Source: Promethearchaeati archaeon (GTDB taxonomy: Archaea > Asgardarchaeota > Heimdallarchaeia > Heimdallarchaeales > Heimdallarchaeaceae). From it: DNA of 56,439 nucleotides. The position numbers and the translations under genes are program-made. Location of the stretch: positions 1 to 56,439 of the forward strand of contig JABLTJ010000022.1 of assembly GCA_013166775.1 (NCBI GenBank), given 5' to 3'. Of the stretch, positions 27,565 to 37,716 are shown one piece after another; the first letter of the stretch is position 1; the number at the start of each line of letters is the position of its first letter. The notes under the pieces are model-generated. The model saw only the letters and a program-made list of their open reading frames with translations, had not been told where the DNA came from and did not search any database.

Positions 27565-28701
27565 TTATTTTGTTGCCATTCTTCGTATTAAAGTTATTAT
27601 TAGGAATATTATATAGGCTACTAACATGTTAATTAGAAGTAGATTAGTAAATTCAGTGAAAATAGTAAACCAGGTTGATGTTCTAATATAGAAGTAAGAA
27701 GCGAATCCCATTGCATTTTGAAGTATGAAACTATATGCACATATAATCAAGAATGGGGCAACGTTGAGTGTTAGAAAAGTACCTTGATGGTTAAATCTCA
27801 TAAAATTACTAGTTCCGTTTGCTCTTTGATAAACAATCAAAGCCATACCTATTCCTATTACAAATCCTACAATTGGAAGGATATAAAAAGCATTCAAGAG
27901 CTGAACTGCCATAAATTGACCATCCACCATTTTGGCAAATAATCCGTTTAGATAGTATGTATTGGTTTCTCCAAATACTGATGCTGCTGTTGTGCTAGTA
28001 AATATCTCATGTGAGAAGACAATGAATATAAGCGATCCAACAATGCCTAAGAAAATCAGGACTTGTCCAATTATTTCAAATTTCTTGCTAGAATGTTCTA
28101 CAGTGACGTTTCTTCTAGATAGAATAATAAATACTATCATGTAGATTAAGGAAAAGGCTCCTACTATGACATCATAAAGTGGAAAGGTACCCATCCCCCC
28201 TCCATGAGCGATTCCAATTGAATTATCATGGAAATTCGAGACTGCACCTTCCCAGGTGGTAAAGAAACTTACTCCTGCTCCAATCAATCCTTGAAGTCCC
28301 ATAACTATGCCTATGGTTAGTAATGCTGATTTTCCTGTGATTCTTACTGTTGAGAAGAAACCAGCAAAAAATGCTGTCACTGCATATATAATTACTACAG
28401 ATATGAATCCGTAATCAAGAGTAGAATAAGGAGTGTAGAACGAAAGAATCGCTGCAGTTGCTAGTAGAATAGAAGCTGCAACATTCTTTGCCATTGCAGA
28501 AGAAACAAGAATTATAGCTATCGTAAACATGATTGTAACAGGTGTAATCCAATCCCACAAAGCTTCAATTTGAAGGATTCCTAACCATGGAAGAAGAAAT
28601 TCCGTGATAACTATTAAACCTGCTCCAAAAAACGTAGATAAGAAAGCCCTTTTAGTTAAAAACTGTCCGATATGGAAAAATTTTGGTTCTGTCATAAACA
28701 T
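27565..28701 (-). CDS. Polytopic membrane protein of unknown function
   Basis: Roughly 10 hydrophobic segments; no motif recognised. Confidence 0.75.
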   Translation of the reverse strand: MFMTEPKFFHIGQFLTKRAFLSTFFGAGLIVITEFLLPWLGILQIEALWDWITPVTIMFTIAIILVSSAMAKNVAASILLATAAILSFYTPYSTLDYGFISVVIIYAVTAFFAGFFSTVRITGKSALLTIGIVMGLQGLIGAGVSFFTTWEGAVSNFHDNSIGIAHGGGMGTFPLYDVIVGAFSLIYMIVFIILSRRNVTVEHSSKKFEIIGQVLIFLGIVGSLIFIVFSHEIFTSTTAASVFGETNTYYLNGLFAKMVDGQFMAVQLLNAFYILPIVGFVIGIGMALIVYQRANGTSNFMRFNHQGTFLTLNVAPFLIICAYSFILQNAMGFASYFYIRTSTWFTIFTEFTNLLLINMLVAYIIFLIITLIRRMATK

Positions 28702-28784
28702 CTTTCTCTTTCTATAAATTAACCGATTAACAAACTATATGTACTAAGGTAAAAAAAAGATTTTGGGTGTAGGAAGAGAGAAAT

Positions 28785-29192
28785 CTATCTTGGTTTGACA
28801 GACATAAACATGCAACCAATGAACGTTAGCAAGCCTGATGCTGCTGCAATCATTATCACAGAGACACCTGAGAGGACTCCAATGTTTAAATCTGCATGAT
28901 CGTTCTGCCAAATTGCTAAGTAAACTGTGTAAAGAATCAAAGCTGCTAGCATAAATCCAGTGAGAACAAGATATGCATTTTTCTCCTCAGTTTTATAGAC
29001 TCTTGATACAGAACCCAAACCAAAACCACCAATTAATCCAATAGCTATGTAGAATAAAAACCACCAGTATTGATTTGTAAGCTGGACAATTGTAATTATT
29101 ACTCCAAACATTCCAATTGCGAGTAAAACTCCTCCTATAAACGATGAAGGTCGAGCTGTCATATTTGCATCTCCATTATTCTTTACTATCAA
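28785..29192 (-). CDS. Small four-TM membrane protein
   Basis: Four hydrophobic helices; the start may be the downstream ATG (MTARP). Confidence 0.7.
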   Translation of the reverse strand: MIVKNNGDANMTARPSSFIGGVLLAIGMFGVIITIVQLTNQYWWFLFYIAIGLIGGFGLGSVSRVYKTEEKNAYLVLTGFMLAALILYTVYLAIWQNDHADLNIGVLSGVSVIMIAAASGLLTFIGCMFMSVKPR

Positions 29193-29260
29193 TTTGCTAT
29201 ATTAATATTTCTAAATGCTTTGTAGTTAATTATCAAAAGAAGTGGAAACAGTTACTATTT

Positions 29261-29998
29261 TTAACTACTTAAAAAATCTTTAATTATTGTTCCATCATTC
29301 ATAATTAGTTGCCTAGAAGCTAGCATTGCTTGTTCTGTATCATGTGTAACATATACTAGCGTTTTCTTGTGCTTTTTACTTAAATCCAAAAGAAGTTGCA
29401 AAATTTTTTCCCCCGTTGAGGAATCTAAATTCCCTGTTGGTTCATCAGCCAAAATTATCTGAGGATTATTTGCTAAAGCTCTAGCAATTGCAACTCTTTG
29501 TTGTTCCCCCCCTGATAATTGCTCAGGTTTGTGATCTTTTCTATCAGATAGGTTTACCGCTGCAAGAAGCTCTTCAACTTGTTTTTTTCTCACCTCTTTT
29601 GGCTTGCGAGAAAGTATCATTGGCATTTCAATATTTTTTTCAGCATTTATCTCTTCAAGAAGATTGAAATTTTGAAAAACATACCCTATAGTCTCCCTCC
29701 TAAGATAGCTTAATTCCTTATCACTTTGGTCACTTAGTTTTTTACCATCGATTCTGATCTCTCCTGAATCTACATAATCTAATGCACCAATGATATTTAG
29801 AAGTGTAGTTTTTCCACTTCCACTTGGACCAACTATAGATACAATCTCTCCCTTATTAATTGACAAAGAAACGTTATCAAGAGCCTTAACTTCTACTTCT
29901 CCCAAAGAATAAGATTTGGAAACATCTTTAACTTTGATGAACTCCTTATTCTCCTTTCTCTCTTTTCGAGCAGATTTCTTCTTTTGTTCCTTTGCCAT
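29261..29998 (-). CDS. ABC transporter ATP-binding protein (LolD/MacB type)
   Basis: GPSGSGKTT, GYVFQNFNL, LSGGEQQRVAIARAL, LADEPTGNLD, VTHD. Confidence 0.96.
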   Translation of the reverse strand: MAKEQKKKSARKERKENKEFIKVKDVSKSYSLGEVEVKALDNVSLSINKGEIVSIVGPSGSGKTTLLNIIGALDYVDSGEIRIDGKKLSDQSDKELSYLRRETIGYVFQNFNLLEEINAEKNIEMPMILSRKPKEVRKKQVEELLAAVNLSDRKDHKPEQLSGGEQQRVAIARALANNPQIILADEPTGNLDSSTGEKILQLLLDLSKKHKKTLVYVTHDTEQAMLASRQLIMNDGTIIKDFLSS

Positions 29999-30021
29999 TA
30001 TTATCTTCTCACAAAACTACT

Positions 30022-30345
30022 CTATTTGTGTTTATCGTTTATTGGAAATCTCGCTTTCATTATTTCAATCTCTTCCAACCAAACATTTTCCAAATCTATA
30101 TTTAGCAATATGCATAACTGCATAAAAAGAGAAAATGCTTGAGCAATTTCTCTTGAAAGATTTGCGATAGGAGGTTTTTCATGACCTTGTTTTTCAGTTT
30201 TGTATTTCGATAGAAAAAGGAGATATTTACCTATCTCTCCTAGTTCCTCAATTAAGTGTATGAAAACATCATTTGGAGAAAAGGATTGCCATCCTCTTTC
30301 ATCTAAAAATTTTCTAAATTCATCTATAATTTCATTTAATTCCAA
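30022..30345 (-). CDS. MazG-like nucleotide pyrophosphohydrolase
   Basis: ERGWQ, HLIEELGEI, EIAQ, NIDLE; all-alpha NTP-PPase pattern. Confidence 0.8.
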   Translation of the reverse strand: MELNEIIDEFRKFLDERGWQSFSPNDVFIHLIEELGEIGKYLLFLSKYKTEKQGHEKPPIANLSREIAQAFSLFMQLCILLNIDLENVWLEEIEIMKARFPINDKHK

Positions 30346-30359
30346 GTAAAACCCTCAAT

Positions 30360-32435
30360 TTATACTGCATATGATTTAAGATTTCTTTTCGATATTTTTG
30401 TTTTACACATAGGGCATTCGTTCTTTATCTTCATCCACTGTTCCATATGATCATCATGAGCAACATTGGAACAATTCGGACATTCTAGGATATTATCCCC
30501 TCTTTTAATTAAACCCTGACACACTGAACATTTTGAAGGAATTTCTTCGCAGTTATTGCATGGTTCATATGCCGATTTGATTAAATGCCCACAATTTAAA
30601 CAATGCATCTTTAATGATGGTAAAGTGAGTTGTCCTCTTTTTTCGAAGTATGTGTTTGTAAGAATCCCAGTGTAATACCCATGAGCAAGCAATTGACAGA
30701 TGATTCTAAAAATATCGTGCTCCATTAAAGAGAGATTAGAAGCAACAATATTGAGTCTGATTTTTTTCCTTCTTGATTTTTCTATTTCATTAACTATCCG
30801 GACATAATTTTCTCCTAAATCTTCCAATTCCTTATTTGGTAAGAATTTCTGATAAGATAAAACATTTAGAGAATTGCTTCTCAATTCCAGATTTACTAAA
30901 CCTGAACCTGTTAATTCATAAACAATATTTCTAGCTGCATTTATCGATTTACTCCAGTTTTTCTGAATACTACTTAATGGGACTTTCTTATTCGCAGTAA
31001 TATATCCAAATATTTCTTGATAATGAATGGGGAGGTCTTCTAATTGTGTGAGAGGAGGAAAAATAGGAATCTCATCTGGCTCTAATCGATTTCCCACAAT
31101 TGTACCTTTTATCAATCCTTTACCATAAAAACCATACAATCTCTCTTTAGCATAAAATTTGTCTACCCCTAGTGCTAATGCTATATCTCTAACATTGATT
31201 TGTTTTTTAGCAATAACCATTCCAAGTAGAATCTTTTCCCATCTATCTAGAGTTCCTTCTTGTGTTCTACTATATCTTCGAATGCTTTCAACATAAAGAG
31301 TATTTCCCTTAATTGTTCCAGAAATAAATCCTTCCAATAGAAGTGTAATTACTCCCTCTAGAATTTCACCAGTTGTTCTGTTCATAAGAGTTCCTAGTTT
31401 TTTAAGAGGAATTCTATCTTGGGTAGATAATAATCCAAACAAAGCTTCATAGTTGAAGAATGAAAGAGTAGCCATTTCCTCAATAGTTCGTTTGGGTTTT
31501 AATTCAGGTATAACGATTGGATTGATATAATTGGACTCTGTAAAAATTACTTGAAAAGTACCTCTCGCTGTTAGAAAAGCTAAAATTTTCAGCACTCCAA
31601 TTGGTTCCTTATCTACAAACTTAACTAATTCCTTGATTGAAACCCTTTTTCTTAGTATTGTGTATCCTGCAATATCCTTTTCAACACCTTGTAAAGAAGC
31701 TAATGGGAGAATTCTAGGTGAAATATGATATTTTTTCACATTAACAAAAATATTTGAAGAACCAACTAATTTTGATTCAACTTCGAACTGAGCTTCCAGT
31801 TTTCTATAAAGCATTAAATGAGAAAGTTTCGTAAATACTTGTTCTCTGGAAAACCCTGTGTGTTTTGCTACTATTTCTAATTTAGCATTTCTTAGCATCA
31901 TACAAACTCCTACGACAAAGGTATCATCTGATGAAATAGTCACTTTTTCAGGTGGTCTCCAAATGTAATTTGAAATGAACTCTTTGTTTTTTATAATGCC
32001 TATTATAAGTCCTCTATTGATGAAATATTTCAAATGATCCAATAGATTATCATATTTAATCTCTGCAATCTTAACCAGTTCTCTCAAACCTATTTTCTTC
32101 GAATATGCTAATAATCCCAAAATAGCTTTTCGATTTGAAGTTAAACGTCCAGGATTGATATTAGGAAACTTGTAGATAGATCCTACGACAAACCTATCTT
32201 TTCTGTAGTAACCTCTAATAGTTAGTGATTGTATGAGTAATTGAATGTATTCTTTTACTGCACCCAAATTCATTTCGTGCTTTTCAGAGAAATCTGTTAA
32301 AGTTATGCTACGATAGAGAAATAATTGAGTAAGAACTAGAGCTTGTTTGGTTTTCGACAATTTGGGCTCAGGAAGTTCTTGTTTTTTAAAATTGATGTTA
32401 TAAACATCTTCTCTCTCGTAACTCAGTTTAATCAT
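30360..32435 (-). CDS. Tandem winged-helix (PCI-like) repeat protein with zinc ribbon and C-terminal RING finger; putative E3 ligase
   Basis: About 8 repeats of pattern G.....K.I.L..L...........L..L...G.I.G.I; CLNC..CNNC; CSVC-x12-CPNC-x4-H-x2-H..W.....CPMC. Confidence 0.8.
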   Translation of the reverse strand: MIKLSYEREDVYNINFKKQELPEPKLSKTKQALVLTQLFLYRSITLTDFSEKHEMNLGAVKEYIQLLIQSLTIRGYYRKDRFVVGSIYKFPNINPGRLTSNRKAILGLLAYSKKIGLRELVKIAEIKYDNLLDHLKYFINRGLIIGIIKNKEFISNYIWRPPEKVTISSDDTFVVGVCMMLRNAKLEIVAKHTGFSREQVFTKLSHLMLYRKLEAQFEVESKLVGSSNIFVNVKKYHISPRILPLASLQGVEKDIAGYTILRKRVSIKELVKFVDKEPIGVLKILAFLTARGTFQVIFTESNYINPIVIPELKPKRTIEEMATLSFFNYEALFGLLSTQDRIPLKKLGTLMNRTTGEILEGVITLLLEGFISGTIKGNTLYVESIRRYSRTQEGTLDRWEKILLGMVIAKKQINVRDIALALGVDKFYAKERLYGFYGKGLIKGTIVGNRLEPDEIPIFPPLTQLEDLPIHYQEIFGYITANKKVPLSSIQKNWSKSINAARNIVYELTGSGLVNLELRSNSLNVLSYQKFLPNKELEDLGENYVRIVNEIEKSRRKKIRLNIVASNLSLMEHDIFRIICQLLAHGYYTGILTNTYFEKRGQLTLPSLKMHCLNCGHLIKSAYEPCNNCEEIPSKCSVCQGLIKRGDNILECPNCSNVAHDDHMEQWMKIKNECPMCKTKISKRNLKSYAV

Positions 32436-32536
32436 CCATAAAATGTTAGTTTTATATTATTAAACAAGATTTATTAACCTTCTCTTATTCAGCAGAGTTG
32501 TTATGTGATTCTTAATACAAGATTAATTAAACTAAT

Positions 32537-33841
32537 TTATACCCTTTCTAAATATGTTTGATACTCCCAATCCCATTCTTGTTCTTCGCCTTTATTTCTT
32601 GCATCAAGATAGTCTTTGTACTCTTTGCGTTTTACATTCAAGAAAATTTCTAGTATCTCATCATTCATAACTTCTCTAACAAAAGTGCTTTCTTCTAAAA
32701 AGTCTAAGGCTTCATCTAGATTTTCAGGAAGTTTTGTTATTCCCATTTCTTCTCTTTCTTGAGAAGATAAATCCTCTAAGTTTCTGGTAGTTGAAGAAAT
32801 AGGTTCGATCTTTCTTTTAATACCATCTAATCCAGCTGCTAATAAAAGCGCAGAAGCTAAGTAAATATTTGCTGCTCCATCAGTAGCTCTGTACTCTAAT
32901 CTAGCATTCTTTTCGTAACCAGGAATGCGAATTAATGCTGTCCTGTTAGCTACACCCCATGATTTGAATACGGGTGCTTCATGACCTGGAACTAACCTCT
33001 TATAGGAGTTTGTCGTCGGATTGAATATTGCTGTCATCGCATCCACATGTTCCAAAATTCCCCCAACGAAATATCTGAGTTCATCACTAATTCCTTTCTC
33101 CTCATCTGAAAAAATATTTTTCCCATCTTTAACCAAATACTGATGAATGTGAAATCCGTTCCCAGCTTGATCAGGGAAAGGTTTTGGCATAAATGTGCTA
33201 ATAATCTCTTCAAACGCTGAATCAGCTTTAATAATCATTTTTGCTGTTTGAACATTATCTGCTTGTTTGAGTGCGTCTAAAACTAAAAATTCTATCTCTT
33301 GTTGTCCAGATCCACATTCATGATGAATTGTTTTTATAGGTATTCCCATCTTTTTCATATCAGCAGCTATGTCTCTTCGCAGGGATCCCATCATATCAAA
33401 AGGAAGTATATCCATATACTGACCATAATCTATTGGATCGAACTCAAAATCTAAGAAAAACCATTCCAATTCAGGTCTTGTTTTGTATTCATAACCTAGT
33501 TTTTTTGCTTGATTAATTATTCTCTTTAAAATACTTCGAGGATCTGTAGGATGAGGCTTACCATCATTTCCATAAATATCACATATAAATCTCGCTACTC
33601 TTGGTTCCCATGGAAATATAGCTAAAGTATCAAGATCTGGAATGATTAGCATATCACTCTGTTCTGTTTTAAGAAAACCTAAGGAGGAACCATCAACTCC
33701 TGTACCATTACGCATCTCTTCCCAAATATCAACAGGAAATTCTACAGATTTTAATTCCCCAAAAATAGTTGAGAATTGAAACTGAATAAACTCTACTCCG
33801 TTATCTCTAAAATAATTTTCTAAATCATTCATCGTTTTCAT
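32537..33841 (-). CDS. glnA: Glutamine synthetase type I
   Basis: DGSS, PELEWF, HHE...GQQEI, FMPKP, GNGFHIH, NSYKRLVPGHEAP, NRTALIRIP, RLEYR. Confidence 0.92.
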   Translation of the reverse strand: MKTMNDLENYFRDNGVEFIQFQFSTIFGELKSVEFPVDIWEEMRNGTGVDGSSLGFLKTEQSDMLIIPDLDTLAIFPWEPRVARFICDIYGNDGKPHPTDPRSILKRIINQAKKLGYEYKTRPELEWFFLDFEFDPIDYGQYMDILPFDMMGSLRRDIAADMKKMGIPIKTIHHECGSGQQEIEFLVLDALKQADNVQTAKMIIKADSAFEEIISTFMPKPFPDQAGNGFHIHQYLVKDGKNIFSDEEKGISDELRYFVGGILEHVDAMTAIFNPTTNSYKRLVPGHEAPVFKSWGVANRTALIRIPGYEKNARLEYRATDGAANIYLASALLLAAGLDGIKRKIEPISSTTRNLEDLSSQEREEMGITKLPENLDEALDFLEESTFVREVMNDEILEIFLNVKRKEYKDYLDARNKGEEQEWDWEYQTYLERV

Positions 33842-33929
33842 CCATGAGATACTGTTTTACTCAATATCGTATCTATTCTATATATATGTTTTTTCGACAA
33901 TTATTTAAGTAGTTCAAAATGACTATGAG

Positions 33930-34499
33930 TTGTTACTAATGTTACCAACAAGATTTTGGCTCACAGCAGGAAAAGGTGAATCTGAGAGTTCTGAATTAGA
34001 ATCTATAGATTCAGCCTTTATGGATGCTGGAATAGGGTACCAGAACCATGTTGCTGTTTCTTCTATCCCCCCAAAAGAGGAAATCTACCCTAAAGTAGAT
34101 AGTGAGAGAGGAATAACATACGTTCCAGTTAATGGTGAACTAATGCTATTACCTTTTAGTTCCATAATTCATGTAGTAAGATCAATGAATAAAGGAAACA
34201 AAGGAGACAAAATCTCATGCTGTATAGCTTTAGCTAAAATTGAAACAGACGTAGCTGGAAAATCCATAGAGTGTGTCCTAGCATTTGAGGTTCAAAATTC
34301 ATCGTTAAGTAAAGCTGAAGAAAGTGCTCTTGAAGGAATAAAAAAAATGGTTGAATTGCGAGATGGGCGCGTACAGGAAGATTGGGGAAAATCTGGATAC
34401 AAACTAATCTCCTCATCTCTCCAGATTGAGAGGCAATTTGGGTGTGTCGTAGCGTTCGTTGTTTTCGATCCTTTCACATATGGAAAAATAAGAATTTAA
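33930..34499 (+). CDS. pdaD: Pyruvoyl-dependent arginine decarboxylase family protein
   Basis: G.GE...EL.S.DSAFMDAGIG.QNHVAVSSIPP with the Ser-Ser self-cleavage site; C-terminal GCVVAFVVF. Confidence 0.8.
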   Translation: MLLMLPTRFWLTAGKGESESSELESIDSAFMDAGIGYQNHVAVSSIPPKEEIYPKVDSERGITYVPVNGELMLLPFSSIIHVVRSMNKGNKGDKISCCIALAKIETDVAGKSIECVLAFEVQNSSLSKAEESALEGIKKMVELRDGRVQEDWGKSGYKLISSSLQIERQFGCVVAFVVFDPFTYGKIRI

Positions 34500-34579
34500 G
34501 GAATTTAGAAAACGTATGAGACGCAAAGCATAAAAATAGTACAATTTAAAACTACCAAGCACAAATAAAGTGACGCAAT

Positions 34580-36442
34580 ATGAGACGCAAAAAATCACTA
34601 ACCCTACTTTTATTAACTTCAATATTAGTGAGTGTTGTATTTAGTGTTATAAATACAAAAAACGTTTTAGCAGAAAATGAAGCTAGACCAAGACTCGAAA
34701 GCATAATTGCAGAAGGTTTTGAAGGCTTTAATGGTCAGAATTATCCTAATGGAACTCTGATTACTGTCGAATATTCTGTTAAGCGTTATGTTGGTGTTGA
34801 TGGAGTTAAATTAGTTGGGGCTGGTTCCAATTTTACTCTAGATATAAACCTAGGATTGGAATTAAATTTCTCAAATTCGTTTGAGTTACGATCATACTAT
34901 ACTGGGACATTCAATCTAACAGAACATTCATACTTCAAAGCATATGGCTGGATTGGGGATGTTACAAATGGAACCTATGAAGAAGTTGATTATTTTGCTC
35001 ACTTAGGTCCTTGGCACTATCTTTTTGTCAACGAAAATTTAGCACCAGAATTTGATAAAATTCTAAATGCAACATCGACTGATGTATCTAAGGTATTTTA
35101 TTCTCCTGCTAATTATACAAATCATACAATTGTAATCCGTTACAAAGTTTATGGAGGAGGGGAAAATGAAAATATCACTCTAGCGACTTCAGTTTATCGT
35201 GATAAAATTGCAAATTCATCTATAACTGAATTTGATGCAGATGTATCTTTCATTAAAATGGATTGGGTGAATGAAACTCATGAAACATATGAGGTTTATA
35301 ACACAACAATACTATTCACAACGAGAACCTTCTACTTCAGTGCAAATAATTCAAATGGGTGGGATACCTGGAATAATGGTGTGATTACAGATAGATTAAA
35401 CATCTACAGGATAGATAATGGTTTTCATTTTGAATCCAAAACGGTATTAAATGAAAAACATACAGAAGTTAATCCAATATCGTTTAATATCACATCAATA
35501 AATGCTACCGAATACGAAACGTTTGGAATCAGTTATTATGTAGTTGAAAGTTCAGAAAACAGTACAGAAATAGTTCCATGGACGTTAGTAGAAGCATTAC
35601 TAAACACTACATATATTGATACTGATAGTGATGGATACAATAGTACAATCAGGAAATTTAATGCAACTATAGGTCCTTTCAATGTTGGTAATATAATCTA
35701 CTTTGAAGCATACAATATTTACAAAGGAGAACATTATAACGAAACTACAGGTAACCTTCACAGAATAGAGATTTACGATTCCACACCTGAGCTGTATCTT
35801 ACTCCTATAGATGGGATATACACAAATAATCACACTGTCACCTTCTTCTATGAGGTTGAATTAAATAGTGGAAATATTACTGAAGCAACTTTTGATTATG
35901 GTGATGGAACACCTTTAGATATTCTATCTCTTGAGAGTCATGATACGCTTGTTCACGATTATCCATTCGGTGTTGCAGCTTTCTATAACTACACTCTTTT
36001 TGTAAACAATTCTCTAGGTACATCAAATAATATTACTCACTTGATTTATTTGGACTTCCAAAATCCTCTTCTTGACATGACTTCAAATACAAATACTTCA
36101 CGAGACATAGTGGATGGTTTAGTTGAACTTCGCTTCGAGTATTCCGACGATTATACAGGAATAAAATTCGTACACATCGATTGGGGAGATGGCATTGTTC
36201 AAAATGTAACTGATGAGCATTATGCTTTGCATTACTACGTTGAAAGTGGTACTTATAATGTAACAATAACTGCTCAAGATCGTGCAGGAAATAATCAAAG
36301 TGTAATCTTAATCTACAATGTTGTACTGTCTACAGAGACACCAACAGAACCTACTCCTAATAGTTTTGTTTCAGTACTGATTACTCTAGTCGCAATGGGG
36401 ATAGTTATAAGTAGTAATCTGAAACTTAAAAAGAGAAAATAA
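34580..36442 (+). CDS. Secreted PKD-domain surface glycoprotein with C-terminal membrane anchor
   Basis: Signal peptide MRRKKSLTLLLL; FDYGDG and IDWGDG...HYYVESGTYNVTITA PKD motifs; T/P linker, TM helix and KLKKRK. Confidence 0.85.
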   Translation: MRRKKSLTLLLLTSILVSVVFSVINTKNVLAENEARPRLESIIAEGFEGFNGQNYPNGTLITVEYSVKRYVGVDGVKLVGAGSNFTLDINLGLELNFSNSFELRSYYTGTFNLTEHSYFKAYGWIGDVTNGTYEEVDYFAHLGPWHYLFVNENLAPEFDKILNATSTDVSKVFYSPANYTNHTIVIRYKVYGGGENENITLATSVYRDKIANSSITEFDADVSFIKMDWVNETHETYEVYNTTILFTTRTFYFSANNSNGWDTWNNGVITDRLNIYRIDNGFHFESKTVLNEKHTEVNPISFNITSINATEYETFGISYYVVESSENSTEIVPWTLVEALLNTTYIDTDSDGYNSTIRKFNATIGPFNVGNIIYFEAYNIYKGEHYNETTGNLHRIEIYDSTPELYLTPIDGIYTNNHTVTFFYEVELNSGNITEATFDYGDGTPLDILSLESHDTLVHDYPFGVAAFYNYTLFVNNSLGTSNNITHLIYLDFQNPLLDMTSNTNTSRDIVDGLVELRFEYSDDYTGIKFVHIDWGDGIVQNVTDEHYALHYYVESGTYNVTITAQDRAGNNQSVILIYNVVLSTETPTEPTPNSFVSVLITLVAMGIVISSNLKLKKRK

Positions 36443-36626
36443 ATCTCTTTTACTTTTCATTTATTTTTGAAACAATCTCTTGTTTTTTATGTTCAAACCA
36501 AGAAATAATTGTTTCAATTAAGTGTTTATAATACATATCAAATTCACGTATCTGGGCGCTTTAAACTACAAGGATTTAGCTAGCTTTATATATGTCTATA
36601 GGTATCTGAACATAGTGAGAAGATAG

Positions 36627-37583
36627 ATGAGTAGAGATCGCTGTCCTAACTGCAATTCCGAAGAAATAGTATCCGACTTTCAGAGAGGAGAGTCTATTTG
36701 TAGTAATTGTGGGCTAGTGGTTTCCAGATTAATTGATACAACTCCTGAGTGGAGAGCATTTTCTGGAGAGGAGAAAGCAGCTCGAAGCAGAACCGGTGGT
36801 CCTGTTTCAGCTTTGAAATCAGATTATGGTATTTCATCCCAGATTAGTTTCGGTAATATGGATATTCATGGGAAGAAACTTGAACCCAATGTCATGGCTA
36901 AAATGCGAAGACTTCGATGGTTGAACAGAAGAGATTCAAGATCTCAAATTAGGAATCTTAGAATAGCCCTTAGAGAACTTCGAAGGATAGCAAGCCAACT
37001 TGAGCTCAGTGAAGAAATAGCTGAAGCAGCAGCAACAACCTATAGGAAAGCTTTGAAAGCAGATCTGATCAGAGGTAGAAGTATTGAATCGATGGTAGCT
37101 GCTGCAGTCTATATAGCAGCAAGACAATATAATAATCCAACAACGTTGAAGGATATTGAAAAGACAATCAATGCTGACAGAAAAGTAATTGCTAGATGTT
37201 TCAGATTATATGTTCAAGAATTAAGAATCAGACCAACACCAATTGATCCAGCTGTTCTATTATCAAGGCTTTGCAATGAACTAGAATTAACAACAGCTAC
37301 ACAAAATGAAGCTCTGAAAATACTAGAAGAAAGCAAATCAAGAAGACTTGATATGGGTAAGAATCCACTAAGTGTAGCAGCTGCTGCAATATATATCGCA
37401 GGAATTAGAACTGGTGAGAGAAGAACTCAACAACAAGTAGCAAAAGCTGCAAAAACCACACCCGTTACATTAAGAAATCGTTTCAGAGAAATAGTCGATT
37501 CCTTAGAACTTGCTAATGTCATTGTCAAGAGAGGAGCAGCAAGCGCACCAGTGTATGTTCGAGATCCTTGGAAATTTGACTAG
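36627..37583 (+). CDS. tfb: Transcription initiation factor IIB (TFB)
   Basis: CPNC...CSNCG zinc ribbon, PEWRAF, RTG, RGRSIE...AAAVY, GKNP..VAAAAIY, VTLRNR. Confidence 0.97.
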   Translation: MSRDRCPNCNSEEIVSDFQRGESICSNCGLVVSRLIDTTPEWRAFSGEEKAARSRTGGPVSALKSDYGISSQISFGNMDIHGKKLEPNVMAKMRRLRWLNRRDSRSQIRNLRIALRELRRIASQLELSEEIAEAAATTYRKALKADLIRGRSIESMVAAAVYIAARQYNNPTTLKDIEKTINADRKVIARCFRLYVQELRIRPTPIDPAVLLSRLCNELELTTATQNEALKILEESKSRRLDMGKNPLSVAAAAIYIAGIRTGERRTQQQVAKAAKTTPVTLRNRFREIVDSLELANVIVKRGAASAPVYVRDPWKFD

Positions 37584-37585
37584 GT

Positions 37586-37608
37586 TCTTTCGTTTTCTTT
37601 TCGTTTTC
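37586..37608 (+). terminator. Putative U-rich archaeal terminator after tfb
   Basis: T-rich tract TTCTTTCGTTTTCTTTTCGTTTTC immediately after the stop codon. Confidence 0.4.
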
Positions 37609-37716
37609 AATAATATGATGGTAATTTTTTCAATTTTCTAGTATTACCCTCATGTTACTACTGTATTAATCTGCTTTTATTAGCAGATAATCATCCTAAA
37701 TATAGGTGTATAATCT

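Noticed and set aside
32537-34499. GlnA as a gamma-glutamylpolyamine synthetase linked to the divergent pdaD
   Set aside because: The ammonium-site features of true glutamine synthetase (DGSS and the EAP flap) are retained; adjacency alone is insufficient.
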